Below the pieces are notes generated by a model. That model was given only the letters and a program-made list of their open reading frames with translations. It did not search any database and was not told the origin of the DNA. A stretch of 64,000 nt of DNA from an uncultured delta proteobacterium (GTDB lineage: Bacteria; Desulfobacterota; Binatia; DP-6): NCBI GenBank assembly GCA_963815115.1, contig CAWFFN010000005.1, positions 224,001-288,000 of the forward strand, read 5' to 3'. The translations under genes and the position numbers were made by a program. Below are positions 29,751 through 39,623 of this stretch, one piece after another; position 1 is the first letter of the stretch; each line of letters opens with the position of its first letter.

Positions 29751-30638
29751 ATGCGCTTCGGGCTGGTCACGCCGATCGTCACCCGCCATCCCGCCAACGA
29801 CGCGGCCTGGACGGAGGACGCCGGTCCCGCGGAGCTCGTGGAGATCGCGATCACGGCCGACCGGCTCGGCTATCACCACCTGACGTGCAGCGAGCACGTC
29901 GCCATCCCCGCCAGCGTCGCGCCCGTGCGCGGCGCCCGCTACTACGACCCGCTCGCCACCCTCGGCTTCCTCGCCGCGCGGACGTCGCGCATCAGGCTGG
30001 TCACCCACGTCCTCGTCCTCGGCTACCATCACCCGCTGGCCATCGCGAAGCGCTACGGCACCCTCGACCGTCTCTCCGGGGGCCGGCTCGTGCTCGGCGT
30101 CGGCGTGGGAACGCTGGCGGAGGAGTTCGCGCTCCTCGGCGTTCCGTTCACGGATCGCGGCGAGCGCTACGAGGACGCGCTGCGCGCGCTGCGGGCGGCC
30201 TTCGGCCGGCGTGCTCCATCGTACGCCGGCACGCACTATCGCTTCGCCGACCTGCTCGTCGACCCCTGCGGGGTGCAGCCCGAGGTGCCGATCTGGCTCG
30301 GCGGCCGCACGCCGCGCTCGCTGCGTCGCGCGCTCGTCCTGGGTGACGGCTGGGATCCGTTCGGGCTCGACCTCGCGCAGCTCCGCGCCCTCGTCGCGAG
30401 AGCGCGCGCCACGCGCGCGTGGCAGGAGCGCACGCGCCCGTTCACGTTGGTCCTCCCGATCGACGCGCTGCTCGATCCGACCGACGCGACGGAACGCGAG
30501 CGGCTGGCCGAGCGCTGCCAGGAGTACCGCGCGCTCGGCACCACGGTGCTCAACCTGCGGCTGCGCCACCGCAGCCTCCAGCACTATCTCGAGCAGCTCG
30601 ACGTCGTCGCGCGCGAGCTCGCGCCACGCTTCGCGTGA
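29751..30638 (+). CDS. LLM-class F420-dependent oxidoreductase
   Basis: ADRLGYHHLTCSEH, DPLATLGFLAARTSRIRL, LDRLSGGRLVLGVGVG. Confidence 0.92.
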   Translation: MRFGLVTPIVTRHPANDAAWTEDAGPAELVEIAITADRLGYHHLTCSEHVAIPASVAPVRGARYYDPLATLGFLAARTSRIRLVTHVLVLGYHHPLAIAKRYGTLDRLSGGRLVLGVGVGTLAEEFALLGVPFTDRGERYEDALRALRAAFGRRAPSYAGTHYRFADLLVDPCGVQPEVPIWLGGRTPRSLRRALVLGDGWDPFGLDLAQLRALVARARATRAWQERTRPFTLVLPIDALLDPTDATERERLAERCQEYRALGTTVLNLRLRHRSLQHYLEQLDVVARELAPRFA

Positions 30639-30647
30639 GCTGCGCCG

Positions 30648-32252
30648 TCACGATGCGGGATCGGCGTCGCACGCGTAGAGCCGTGCGAAGTACTCCCGGA
30701 GCATGCGGTCGGAGGAGAAACGTTGCTCGGCCATGGCGATGCTGGCCTGCATCATCGAGACCCAGCGCTCCCGATCGGCGTACGCCGGCAGCACCTCGTG
30801 CTCGAGCACGTCGTAGAGTGCGACGGCGTCCCGCTCGTCCTGATCCGAGACGCCACTGGTCTCGTCCCCGATGGCCCAGCCGTTCACGCCGTGCTCGCAC
30901 GCCTCCGGCCACCAGCCGTCCAGGATCGAGCAGTTCAGCACGCCGTTCATCGCCGCCTTCATGCCCGACGTGCCGCAGGCTTCGAGCGGACGGACCGGGT
31001 TGTTCAGCCAGACGTCGGCACCGCGAGTGAGCGCGCGGCCGAGCGCCATGTCGTAGTCCGGAACGAAGGCGACCGCCTCGGGAAAGCGTGCCGCCATCAG
31101 GACCAGCTCGCGGATGATCTGCCGTCCCATCTCGTCGTCCGGGTGGGCCTTGCCGGCGAACACGAGCTGCATCCTGCGACCCTCGAGCAGCGGCTCGATG
31201 CGCTCGGGATCGTGGAAGATCAGGTTGCTGCGCTTGTAGGCCGCGGCGCGCCGGGCGAAGCCGATGGTGAGGACGGCGGGATCGAGCCGGACGCTGCTGC
31301 GGGCGGCGACCTGGTCGAGCAGCTCGGCTTTCATCTGCTGGCGGGCGGCCCACAGGCGCTCGGGCGAGCCGCTCGCCTCGCGCACGCGGGCGTCCTGCCA
31401 GGTCGGGACGTGCACGCCGTTGGTGATCGCGATGATCTCGCTCGCGCCCTCGACGTCGCGCCACATGGTGCGCGAGACCTCGGCGTGGAGCTCGGAGACG
31501 GCGTTGGCGCGCCGCGACAGCCGCAGCCCGGCGATCGTCATGTTGAAGGGATCGCCGCCGATCTGGCGCATCTCCCAGTCGACCAGCTCGCAGCAGGCAC
31601 CGAGCCGGCGCAGCTCGGCGATCGCGTGCACCTCGTTGCCGGCGGCCACGGGCGTGTGGGTGGTGAAGACGATCTGCTCGCGCACTGCCCGCCAGGCGTC
31701 GGCGAACTGCGTGCCGGCGGCCATGCGCTCGGCGATCAGCTCGACGCCCGCGAACACCGCGTGGCCCTCGTTGAAGTGGTAGCCCGCGACCTCGATGCCG
31801 AGCTTGCGCAACGCGCGGACGCCCCCGACGCCGAGCAGGATCTCCTGGGCCACCCGGCAATCGAACGTGGGGTCGTAGAGCCGGTTGGTGATCCACGCGT
31901 CGCGGGTCGCCACCGGCTCGAGCAGCAGCAGGGGGGCGTTGCCCCAGCGTTCCGTCCGCCAGACCCGGGCCTCGACCTCGCGCGTGGCGACGCGCACCCG
32001 GACGCGCACGCCGGTGTCCTCGAGGAAGTCGGCGCGATAGGTGGGAAACTCCGACACCGGCAGGCCGTCCTCGCCGATGCGCTGGCGCGAGTAGCCTCGC
32101 GCCCAGCGGAGCCCGACGCCGATCACGGGAAGCGCCAGATCGTGCGCCGACTTGACGAAGTCGCCGGCGAGGATGCCGAGGCCGCCGGCGTAGATGGGGA
32201 ACTCCTCGGAGAGCCCGAACTCCATGCAGAAGTATGCGACGGGATTGGTCAT
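30648..32252 (-). CDS. glgP: Alpha-glucan phosphorylase (short form, 534 aa)
   Basis: AYFCMEFGL, YAGGLGILAGD, NEGH, GFARRAAAYKR, EACGTSGMKA. Confidence 0.93.
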   Translation of the reverse strand: MTNPVAYFCMEFGLSEEFPIYAGGLGILAGDFVKSAHDLALPVIGVGLRWARGYSRQRIGEDGLPVSEFPTYRADFLEDTGVRVRVRVATREVEARVWRTERWGNAPLLLLEPVATRDAWITNRLYDPTFDCRVAQEILLGVGGVRALRKLGIEVAGYHFNEGHAVFAGVELIAERMAAGTQFADAWRAVREQIVFTTHTPVAAGNEVHAIAELRRLGACCELVDWEMRQIGGDPFNMTIAGLRLSRRANAVSELHAEVSRTMWRDVEGASEIIAITNGVHVPTWQDARVREASGSPERLWAARQQMKAELLDQVAARSSVRLDPAVLTIGFARRAAAYKRSNLIFHDPERIEPLLEGRRMQLVFAGKAHPDDEMGRQIIRELVLMAARFPEAVAFVPDYDMALGRALTRGADVWLNNPVRPLEACGTSGMKAAMNGVLNCSILDGWWPEACEHGVNGWAIGDETSGVSDQDERDAVALYDVLEHEVLPAYADRERWVSMMQASIAMAEQRFSSDRMLREYFARLYACDADPAS

Positions 32253-32333
32253 GGCGCGCGCGCCAGGTAAGCGAAAGCGCGGGGCAGAAGCAATCTATGC
32301 GCGGTGGTACGGCTTCGGCGCCGCCGCCTTCGG

Positions 32334-33122
32334 TCAGATCTGCCCGCGACGCGGCGGATAGACCCCGGCGCGCTTCTCGAGGAAGGAGCGCATCGCCTCC
32401 CGGCCGTCGTCGGTGAGGGCGCTGGCCGCCATGGCCTCGATGGCGCGCGCGTAGGCGGCATCGACGTCGAGCTCGAGGGTGTCGTACAGGACCTGCTTGC
32501 CGAGCGCCTTCGAGGCGCGGCTGCCGCGGCTGGCGGCGAGGGCGAGGCGCTCCGTTTCCTCGTCCAGCCGCTCGCCCGGCACGACGCGGTTCACGAGGCC
32601 CCAGGCGAGGGCGGTGCGCGCGTCGATGCTGTCTCCGGTGAACGCCATCTCGAGGGCGCGCTTGCGTCCCACGGAGCGGGCGATCGCCACCATGGGCGTG
32701 TGGCAGAACCATCCGCCCCGCCCCCCGGGCGCGGCGAAGGCGGCCCCCTCCGCGGCCACCGCGAGGTCGGCGGACGCGACCAGCTGGCAGCCGGCGGCGG
32801 TCGCGATCCCGTGCACGCGAGCCACGACCGGCTGCGGCACTCGCTGCATCGTGCGCATGAGCTCGGTGCACACCGCGAGCAGCGTGCGCATGGCGTCGAG
32901 GTCGCGCTCGGCCATGTCGGCGAAGTCGTGGCCGGCGCAGAAGGCGGGCCCGTTGGCCGCGAGGATGATGGCACGCACGTCCTCGTCGCTGCCCAGGCGC
33001 CCCAGGGCGTCGATCAGCTCGCGCATGTGCGCCTCGGAGAGGGCATTGCGGCGCTCGGGGCGGTTCATGGTGATCGTCCCGAGGCCCGCGTGCGTCGAGA
33101 GCAGGATGTGTTCGTAGCGCAT
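32334..33122 (-). CDS. Enoyl-CoA hydratase/isomerase family protein
   Basis: NRPERRNALS, FCAGHD, ATAAGCQLVASADL. Confidence 0.92.
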   Translation of the reverse strand: MRYEHILLSTHAGLGTITMNRPERRNALSEAHMRELIDALGRLGSDEDVRAIILAANGPAFCAGHDFADMAERDLDAMRTLLAVCTELMRTMQRVPQPVVARVHGIATAAGCQLVASADLAVAAEGAAFAAPGGRGGWFCHTPMVAIARSVGRKRALEMAFTGDSIDARTALAWGLVNRVVPGERLDEETERLALAASRGSRASKALGKQVLYDTLELDVDAAYARAIEAMAASALTDDGREAMRSFLEKRAGVYPPRRGQI

Positions 33123-33177
33123 GACGACCCGCCTCGCGGCTGTATAGCACCGCCGCGGCTCTGCTACACTCCGCCTC

Positions 33178-33687
33178 ATGGTGCTCACCCGCGAGGCGAT
33201 CCTGCGCGAGCTGGCCGCAGGCCGTCTCGTCATCGACCCCCTCGCCGACGACCAGATCGGACCGGCCTCGATCGATCTGCACCTGGGCGACGAGATCCGC
33301 GTCATGGACGGCGGCGGCGAGGAGGTGGCGGTCACCGAGGATGCCGACTACCGCAGCATCACCCGGTTGCGCTCTCTCGATCGGCCGCACGTGCTCGCCC
33401 CGGGCGAGACCATCCTCGGGATCACGCGGGAGCGCGTGCGGCTGCCGCCGGACGTCGCGGGATGGCTCGAAGGACGCAGCCGCTTCGCTCGCCTGGGGCT
33501 CATGATCCACGTCACCTCGGGCTTCGTCGCCCCCGGCGTCGACAGCCGCCAGGTGCTCGAGATGTCGAACGTCGCACGGCATCCGCTGCTGATCCACGCC
33601 GGCGTGCGCCTGTGCCAGATCGTCCTGCAGCGCTGCGACGGCAGCGCGGTCTACGCCGGGCGCTTCGCGCATCAGGATCACCTGTGA
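33178..33687 (+). CDS. dcd: dCTP deaminase
   Basis: IGPASIDLHLG, EGRSRFARLGL, TSGFVAPG, LEMSN. Confidence 0.9.
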   Translation: MVLTREAILRELAAGRLVIDPLADDQIGPASIDLHLGDEIRVMDGGGEEVAVTEDADYRSITRLRSLDRPHVLAPGETILGITRERVRLPPDVAGWLEGRSRFARLGLMIHVTSGFVAPGVDSRQVLEMSNVARHPLLIHAGVRLCQIVLQRCDGSAVYAGRFAHQDHL

Positions 33688-34094
33688 TCTCCCCGCCGGC
33701 CTCGCCGCCGGGGTTCTGGGAGCTCCTCGGGTTCCGCATCGAGCACGCCGACGAGCACGGCGCGGTGCTCGCCATGGAGGTGCCCGACGCCATGATGAGC
33801 CCCTTCGGGACCGTGCACGGCGGCGCCATCGCGACCCTCTTCGACACCGGGCTCGCCGTCGCGATCGCGCGGCGGCTCGAGCCCGAGGACCGCATCGCGA
33901 CCCACAACCTCAACGTCACCTACGTGGCGTTCACGCGCGAACGGACGCTGCGCTGCCGGGCGCGCGTGGTGAGCCTCCGGCGCACAGTCGCCGTGGCCGA
34001 CGGCGAGGTGGTGTCGGCGGACGGTGCGCTGGTGGCGAAGGCGCTCGGGACCTTCGGCGTGCGGCGACTGCCGCCGGCGGCGCCGCCGGCCTAG
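33684..34094 (+). CDS. PaaI family thioesterase
   Basis: GTVHGGAIATLFD hotdog motif. Confidence 0.9.
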   Translation: MISPPASPPGFWELLGFRIEHADEHGAVLAMEVPDAMMSPFGTVHGGAIATLFDTGLAVAIARRLEPEDRIATHNLNVTYVAFTRERTLRCRARVVSLRRTVAVADGEVVSADGALVAKALGTFGVRRLPPAAPPA

Positions 34095-34119
34095 AGACGA
34101 CCGCGCGGACGACGTCCGA

Positions 34120-34914
34120 TCAGGGCCGTCGGCCCCACGTGGCCCACATGATCGGGGACGGAGCCATGAAGCGTTCCTCGTCCAGGCGACGGAGGTCCTC
34201 GTCGATCTCCTCGCCGGTGATGAGGCCGGACTCCACCATCGTGTCCCGGAGCTGCTCGAAGTTTGCCCTGCAGAGCGTCGTACCCGGCGATCCGCCTTGC
34301 CACATGAACATGCGTCCCTCGGCTTCGATGTCGACGAGACCGTGGGCACGCAGCCGCTCGGCGAGCATGCGCCCGTAGCGCATGTCGATCCCACGCTCCG
34401 TCATCACCCGCTGCATGACGGCGAAGGTCTTCAGGAGCGTTTCATCCGGATTGATCGCAGGATCCGGGCGCATCGAGAGCGAGTCGAACTCCTCGACGAG
34501 CAGCCAGCCGCCCGGCTTCAGCGCAGCCGCCATCCGCTGCAGGGCCGTTTCCCGTTCGGCGAGATGCACCAGCACCAGCCGCGCATGGACGAGATCGAAC
34601 CGATCCTCCGGCAACGGGTCGGAAGCGACGTCATGCCGGCGGACCTCGAGGTTCGGCTTGCCCAGGGCCGCGAGAAAGCGCGGATCGATGTCGGTGGCGA
34701 CGACGTGCCCGGCGGCTCCGACGCGGTCACAGAGCCACGCGGCGATGCTTCCGCCGCCGTCGCCGACTTCCAGGCACTGCCAGCCCTCGGCGACGCCGAT
34801 GTCGGTCAGATGACGGATCGTTCCAGGATCGAAGAGCGTGGCCAGGGCGGAGAAGCGAGATCCGGCCTGGGCGCCCGCGTTGGCGAAGACGTAGGTTCCG
34901 GACGTTGCCGGCAC
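34120..34914 (-). CDS. Class I SAM-dependent methyltransferase
   Basis: CLEVGDGGG, ATDID, FDLVHARLVLVH, LKPGGWL. Confidence 0.9.
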   Translation of the reverse strand: MPATSGTYVFANAGAQAGSRFSALATLFDPGTIRHLTDIGVAEGWQCLEVGDGGGSIAAWLCDRVGAAGHVVATDIDPRFLAALGKPNLEVRRHDVASDPLPEDRFDLVHARLVLVHLAERETALQRMAAALKPGGWLLVEEFDSLSMRPDPAINPDETLLKTFAVMQRVMTERGIDMRYGRMLAERLRAHGLVDIEAEGRMFMWQGGSPGTTLCRANFEQLRDTMVESGLITGEEIDEDLRRLDEERFMAPSPIMWATWGRRP

Positions 34915-34976
34915 GGCGCGACCTCAGGTGCCGGGGAACGCCGCGTGAAGCCCTCCCACGCCGCCACCCGCCCGCG

Positions 34977-35747
34977 CTAGAACCCCTTCACCGTGGCGGC
35001 CTTCTTGTAGAGCTGCACGGTGCACAGCCAGGCGACCGCGATCGCGATCAGCAGCCAGATCCAGCCCGCGAGGCCGAGCCATCCATTGAAGACGGTCGTG
35101 TGGGTGTCGATCATCGTCCACACCAGCGCGACCGACATGTAGGTGTTGTGGCGGGACCGCGCCCCGGCCGTGGCGACGAGCGCCGCATCGGGGGCCTGCC
35201 CGTCCCGGATGGCGGTGATGATCTTCCGCTGCGCCGGCCAGATCCGCATCCAGACGTTGGCGGCCATCAGCGTGCCCAGCAGCGCGCCGGTGTGGATCAC
35301 GTAGGCGCGATACTCGAAGCGGCCGACGAAGACGAAGCACAGGATCACGACCGCGAGCAATGCGAACCCGACCCCGGCCATCGTCTTGTTGTCCTTGATC
35401 GCGTTCGCGATCGGATCGTAGGCGACGAAGGCCAGGAAGGTGATCGCGACCATGAGCAGCGAACCGCCGCCCCACGCGATCCCGGGGCCGAACATGAGCT
35501 GGCCATGGTAGAAGACGAGGAGCACGAGCAGCACTCCCGTCACCCAGGTCCACGCCGCTCCCCAGCGGAACCAGTAGAGGGCGCGCGGCCGCAGCTGGGG
35601 CACGACCGTCTTCTTCCCTCCGGCATCGAGCGTGCCCTCGAAGGCCCCGTTCACGAAGTTGAAGAAGTAGAGGAGGCCGATCCACATGATCCCGGCGACG
35701 ATGTGGATCCAGCGAAAGATCGCTTGTAGAACGTCCGTGATCTCCAT
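34977..35747 (-). CDS. Urate hydroxylase PuuD-like (Urate_ox_N) membrane protein, no cytochrome c domain
   Basis: FRWIHIVAGIMWIGLLYFFNF, WFRWGAAWTWVTG, MAANVWMRIWPAQRK, RSRHNTY. Confidence 0.82.
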   Translation of the reverse strand: MEITDVLQAIFRWIHIVAGIMWIGLLYFFNFVNGAFEGTLDAGGKKTVVPQLRPRALYWFRWGAAWTWVTGVLLVLLVFYHGQLMFGPGIAWGGGSLLMVAITFLAFVAYDPIANAIKDNKTMAGVGFALLAVVILCFVFVGRFEYRAYVIHTGALLGTLMAANVWMRIWPAQRKIITAIRDGQAPDAALVATAGARSRHNTYMSVALVWTMIDTHTTVFNGWLGLAGWIWLLIAIAVAWLCTVQLYKKAATVKGF

Positions 35748-35826
35748 CACCCCTCCTCCTGACGTTCGAGTGACCCGGCTGCCGACGCCCTACCAAGCCA
35801 GATGGCGGGTCGTCAATGCGCCCTCC

Positions 35827-36576
35827 TCACGCGGGGGGTGCCAGCGTGACGGTGGCGGTAGCAGTGCCCTTGGGTGCCAGACTCACGGAGGTGTCGCGCG
35901 TCCCGAAGCGCTCGTGCCACACGCCGACCACGTAGTCGCCCGGCGGCACGTTGCGGAGGGTCACGTGCCCGTCCGGACCGCTCACCCCGAAGTAGGGATG
36001 CTCGAGCACGCCGAGCCAGCCCTGCATCCAGGGATGGAGGTCGCACCGGACGCTGATCATCACCTCGGGATGGTCGATCGTGATGGTGCGCTCGGTTCCC
36101 TCGCGCGGAAGCGCGAAGTTCCATGCGCTCGAGTCCTTCGGGGTGCCGTGGATGTTGTGCATGGTGGCGTCGCTGTTGCGGAACTCGATGGGCTGTCCGA
36201 CCTGGGCCCCAGCGACGCGGGGCGAGTACAGGCAGCCCTTCTGATCGATGACGACGGGTTCGGTGGGCACCGCGAAGACCCGGTCGCCGAGCCCGCTCTT
36301 GATGTAGACGAAGCCGTTCTGCACGTGACCGTCCTTCACCAGCGTGTCTCCGGCGGGTACCGGTCCGGAATGCTGCGCGGCGCAGTCCGCGAAGCCTCCC
36401 ATAGGCAGCTCCCGCATCGGTGGCACGGCGCCCTGGAAGCCGACGTCGACCTCGATGGTGCCGGTGGTGGCGGGATCGAGCGGGGTCACGGGTCGGGCCG
36501 ATCGTTCGCTCCCGCTTTCGCCGCCGCAGGCGATGGCGAGCACGCAGGCGAACGCAAGAAGCATGCGGACTTGCAT
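35827..36576 (-). CDS. Lipoprotein with cupredoxin-like and carboxypeptidase-regulatory-like domains
   Basis: Lipobox AIAC, DQKGCLYSPRV, NSDATMHNIH, CDLHPWM, WHERFG. Confidence 0.82.
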   Translation of the reverse strand: MQVRMLLAFACVLAIACGGESGSERSARPVTPLDPATTGTIEVDVGFQGAVPPMRELPMGGFADCAAQHSGPVPAGDTLVKDGHVQNGFVYIKSGLGDRVFAVPTEPVVIDQKGCLYSPRVAGAQVGQPIEFRNSDATMHNIHGTPKDSSAWNFALPREGTERTITIDHPEVMISVRCDLHPWMQGWLGVLEHPYFGVSGPDGHVTLRNVPPGDYVVGVWHERFGTRDTSVSLAPKGTATATVTLAPPA

Positions 36577-36693
36577 CCTCGTTTCCTTAGGGGAGGCGTC
36601 GAGATCGGTCAAATTTTGCAACCGACCGGCGAGTGGATTCCGGGAGTGGCTTGCCGAGCGTTCCCTGCCCGGATATAGGGCGCCGAACGCGTC

Positions 36694-37530
36694 ATGGGTC
36701 GGTTGAGGATTGGGAGCGAGGAGCACAAGACCCGTTTCTGCCGCGCGTTCGTGACCTCGCATCACGGCTACACGCCGGACGGCGTGCGCTGGCCCGACCT
36801 CGACGCCCCGGCGCTCGAGCGGCTGCGCGGGCTGCCCTTCTGGGGCGAAGCGGTGGGCAGCGAGCGCACGGCGGCCGCGCGCGTCCGCGCCATGGCGGAC
36901 GTCGAGTCGGACCCCGAGCTGCGCGAGGCGATCGACATGCAGGCGTACGAGGAGGAACGCCACGCGGCGCTTCTCGATCGTCTGCTCCGGCACTACGACA
37001 TTCCCTATCCCGACGACGCGGCCGAGAAGCCGCGCGACGCCGAGTGGGGGTTCATGCGCATGGGATACGGCGAGTGCTTCGACTCGTTCTTCGCGTTCGG
37101 GCTCTTCCGCATCGCGGCCGACACGGGATTCTTTCCGCCTTCCCTGGTGACGATCTTCGACGGCGTCATGCAGGAGGAGGCGCGTCACATCCTCTTCTTC
37201 TCCAACTGGGCGGCCCATCGCGGCGGCCAGATTCCGGTGGTGCAGAAGCCGTGGTTCCTGGTCCGGCGGGTCGCCGGCATGGGGTTGCAGGCACTCGGGC
37301 GGGTGCGAACCGCGCTCGAGCTGCGCGGCTCGAACGCGGGCGACGACTTCACCATGCAGGTGCCGGACGAGATCGGTGACATCGACCTGCGGACGCTCGC
37401 CGCCACCTGCGTGCGCGAGAACGAGCGCCGGCTGGCGCCGTACGACCCCGAGCTGCTGCGGCCCCGCATGGTGCCGACGCTGGTCGGGCTGGCCCTGCGC
37501 TTCGCACCCGGCGGCACGGCCCGCGGTTGA
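36694..37530 (+). CDS. Ferritin-like di-iron protein
   Basis: Two ExxH motifs (EEERH, EEARH); IGSEEHK..FC N-terminus. Confidence 0.8.
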   Translation: MGRLRIGSEEHKTRFCRAFVTSHHGYTPDGVRWPDLDAPALERLRGLPFWGEAVGSERTAAARVRAMADVESDPELREAIDMQAYEEERHAALLDRLLRHYDIPYPDDAAEKPRDAEWGFMRMGYGECFDSFFAFGLFRIAADTGFFPPSLVTIFDGVMQEEARHILFFSNWAAHRGGQIPVVQKPWFLVRRVAGMGLQALGRVRTALELRGSNAGDDFTMQVPDEIGDIDLRTLAATCVRENERRLAPYDPELLRPRMVPTLVGLALRFAPGGTARG

Positions 37531-37543
37531 CGGCGAGGTCCGG

Positions 37544-38356
37544 GTGGGCCGCCTCGTCGACTTCCGCGACCGGGTCGCGCTCGTCACCGGGGCCTCCAGC
37601 GGCATCGGCGCGCAGCTCGCGCGCGACCTCGGCGCGCGCGGCATGCGCGTCGCGCTCCTCGCCCGTCGCGAGGAGCGCCTGCGTGCCCTCGCCGAGCGCC
37701 TGGGTGCCGGCCAGGATCGGGCGCTCGCCATCCCGTGTGACGTGGCGGTGCGCGCCGAGGTCGAGGCCGCCGTGGCGCGGGTCCGCGAACGCTGGGGACG
37801 CCTCGACCTGCTGGTCAACAACGCGGGCGCCGCGCGGCACGGCCTGTTCAAGGACGAGGGTCCGGAGGTCTTCACCGGGTTGATCGAGACCAACTACCTC
37901 GGGGTGGTCTGGGCCATCCGCGCCGCGCTGCCCGCCATGCGCGCCCGCGGCGAGGGCTGGATCGTCAACGTGTCGTCCGTCGCCGGGAAGCTCGGACAGC
38001 CCGACGAGTCGGCGTACTCCGCGAGCAAGTTCGCGGTCACGGGGCTCTCGGAAGCGCTGGTCTACGAGCTGGCGCCCCTCGGCATCCACGTCATGACGGT
38101 CTATCCGGCGCTGGTGCGCACGGAGATGTTCACGCCCGACGTCCTGGCGCGCATGCCGGAACGCGTGAAGCGAACCTTCGTCGAGCCTCCGGTGCTGACC
38201 GCCGCGGTGATCCGCGGCCTCGAGCGCGCCGAGCACGAGGTGACGGTGCCGCGCTACGTGCGGATCGCCTATCTCGTGCGGCTGCTCTTCCCGCGCTACT
38301 TCCGTCGGATGACGGGCAACCTCCGGCTGCCGATTCTGCCGGACGTCACCGCGTAG
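37544..38356 (+). CDS. SDR family oxidoreductase
   Basis: TGASSGIG, NNAG, YSASK. Confidence 0.93.
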   Translation: MGRLVDFRDRVALVTGASSGIGAQLARDLGARGMRVALLARREERLRALAERLGAGQDRALAIPCDVAVRAEVEAAVARVRERWGRLDLLVNNAGAARHGLFKDEGPEVFTGLIETNYLGVVWAIRAALPAMRARGEGWIVNVSSVAGKLGQPDESAYSASKFAVTGLSEALVYELAPLGIHVMTVYPALVRTEMFTPDVLARMPERVKRTFVEPPVLTAAVIRGLERAEHEVTVPRYVRIAYLVRLLFPRYFRRMTGNLRLPILPDVTA

Positions 38357-38365
38357 CGAGAGCTC

Positions 38366-39529
38366 CTAGCCGAGCAGCACCGCGAGGGCCTTCGGCGAGC
38401 GGAACGCGAGGCCGGTGATCGTCGGCGGGGGCGCCCCGGGGTCGAGCCGCAGGTCGGGCAGGCGGTCGAGCAGGACGTCCAGGGCCAGCCGGGCCTCGAG
38501 GCGCGCGAGGTGGTAGCCGAGGCAGTGATGGCGGCCGAAGCCGAAGGCCAGGTGGTCGTCGGCGCGCCGGTCGAGGTCGAAGAGGTCCGGGTCGTCGTAG
38601 TGGTCCTCGTCCCGGTTCGCGGACGCGACGACGATCGACACCATCTCGTCGGCCGGGATGGCGTTGCCGCGGATCTCGACGTCCCGGTTGGTCTGCCGCG
38701 AGACCATCAGCACGGAGGTCTCCCAGCGCAGCGTCTCCTCGACGGCCCACGGCACCAGCGTGCGGTCGGTCCGGACGCGCTCCCAGCGGTCGCGCTCGGT
38801 GAGGAGCGCGAAGAGCATATTGCCGATCAAGCGGAAGGTGGTCTCGGCTCCGGCGGGAATGAGCAGTCGCAGGAAGCTCACCACCTCCTCGTCGCTCAGC
38901 CCCTGGCCATCCACCGTGCCGGTGACCAGCGTGCTGATGACGTCGTCGCACGGCTGCGCGCGGCGCTCCGCGATGATCGGCAGGAGGTACTCGCGCACCG
39001 CCGCGGAGGCGGCGTAGCCCCGGGGATAGTCCTTCGCGAAGCCGATGAGGTCGATGGCCCAGCGCTGGAACTGGGGATAGTCGCCGCGCGGGATGCCGAC
39101 CATGTGCGCCATCACCTGCACCGGGAAGCACTCGGTGAAGTGGGCGACCATGTCGGCGCGCCGCTTGCCCGCGAGGGCGTCGATGATCTCGTGCAGCATC
39201 TTCTCGAGCACGGGCTGGAGCCCGTCGAGACCCCGCGGGACGAACACGCGCTGGACCAGCGCGCGGTGGCGCGTGTGCTCCTTGGCGTCCATCTCGATCA
39301 CGGTGCGGCCCATGATCTTGCCGACCTCGGCGTTCGAGCGTGAGGAGTAGGTCTCGCTGTCCTTCAGCACCGCCAGGCAGTCGTCGTACTTGGTGAGCAC
39401 CCAGCTCGCGCGGTTCATGAAGACGGAGCGCATGACCGGCTGCGACTGCCGCAGCATGGCGAACATCGGGTAGGGGTCGGGATGATCGAAGAGCATCTGC
39501 GGATCGAACTCGACGGCGGCGGCTTCCAT
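38366..39529 (-). CDS. Cytochrome P450
   Basis: AGAETT, EETLR, FGFGRHHCLG heme ligand; AGGAGG RBS. Confidence 0.96.
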   Translation of the reverse strand: MEAAAVEFDPQMLFDHPDPYPMFAMLRQSQPVMRSVFMNRASWVLTKYDDCLAVLKDSETYSSRSNAEVGKIMGRTVIEMDAKEHTRHRALVQRVFVPRGLDGLQPVLEKMLHEIIDALAGKRRADMVAHFTECFPVQVMAHMVGIPRGDYPQFQRWAIDLIGFAKDYPRGYAASAAVREYLLPIIAERRAQPCDDVISTLVTGTVDGQGLSDEEVVSFLRLLIPAGAETTFRLIGNMLFALLTERDRWERVRTDRTLVPWAVEETLRWETSVLMVSRQTNRDVEIRGNAIPADEMVSIVVASANRDEDHYDDPDLFDLDRRADDHLAFGFGRHHCLGYHLARLEARLALDVLLDRLPDLRLDPGAPPPTITGLAFRSPKALAVLLG

Positions 39530-39623
39530 GGCGACCTCCTTAATCGAGCGCCCGACCGATTGCCAGGGTTGACGGGTCCGGCAGGTTGACGGCCGGGCGG
39601 GCCGGCTGTTACCGAGTCCGGCC

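Noticed and set aside
30648-32252. 534-aa glucan phosphorylase as a truncated gene
   Set aside because: All catalytic and PLP motifs and a normal C-terminal RMLREY are present; short forms are known.
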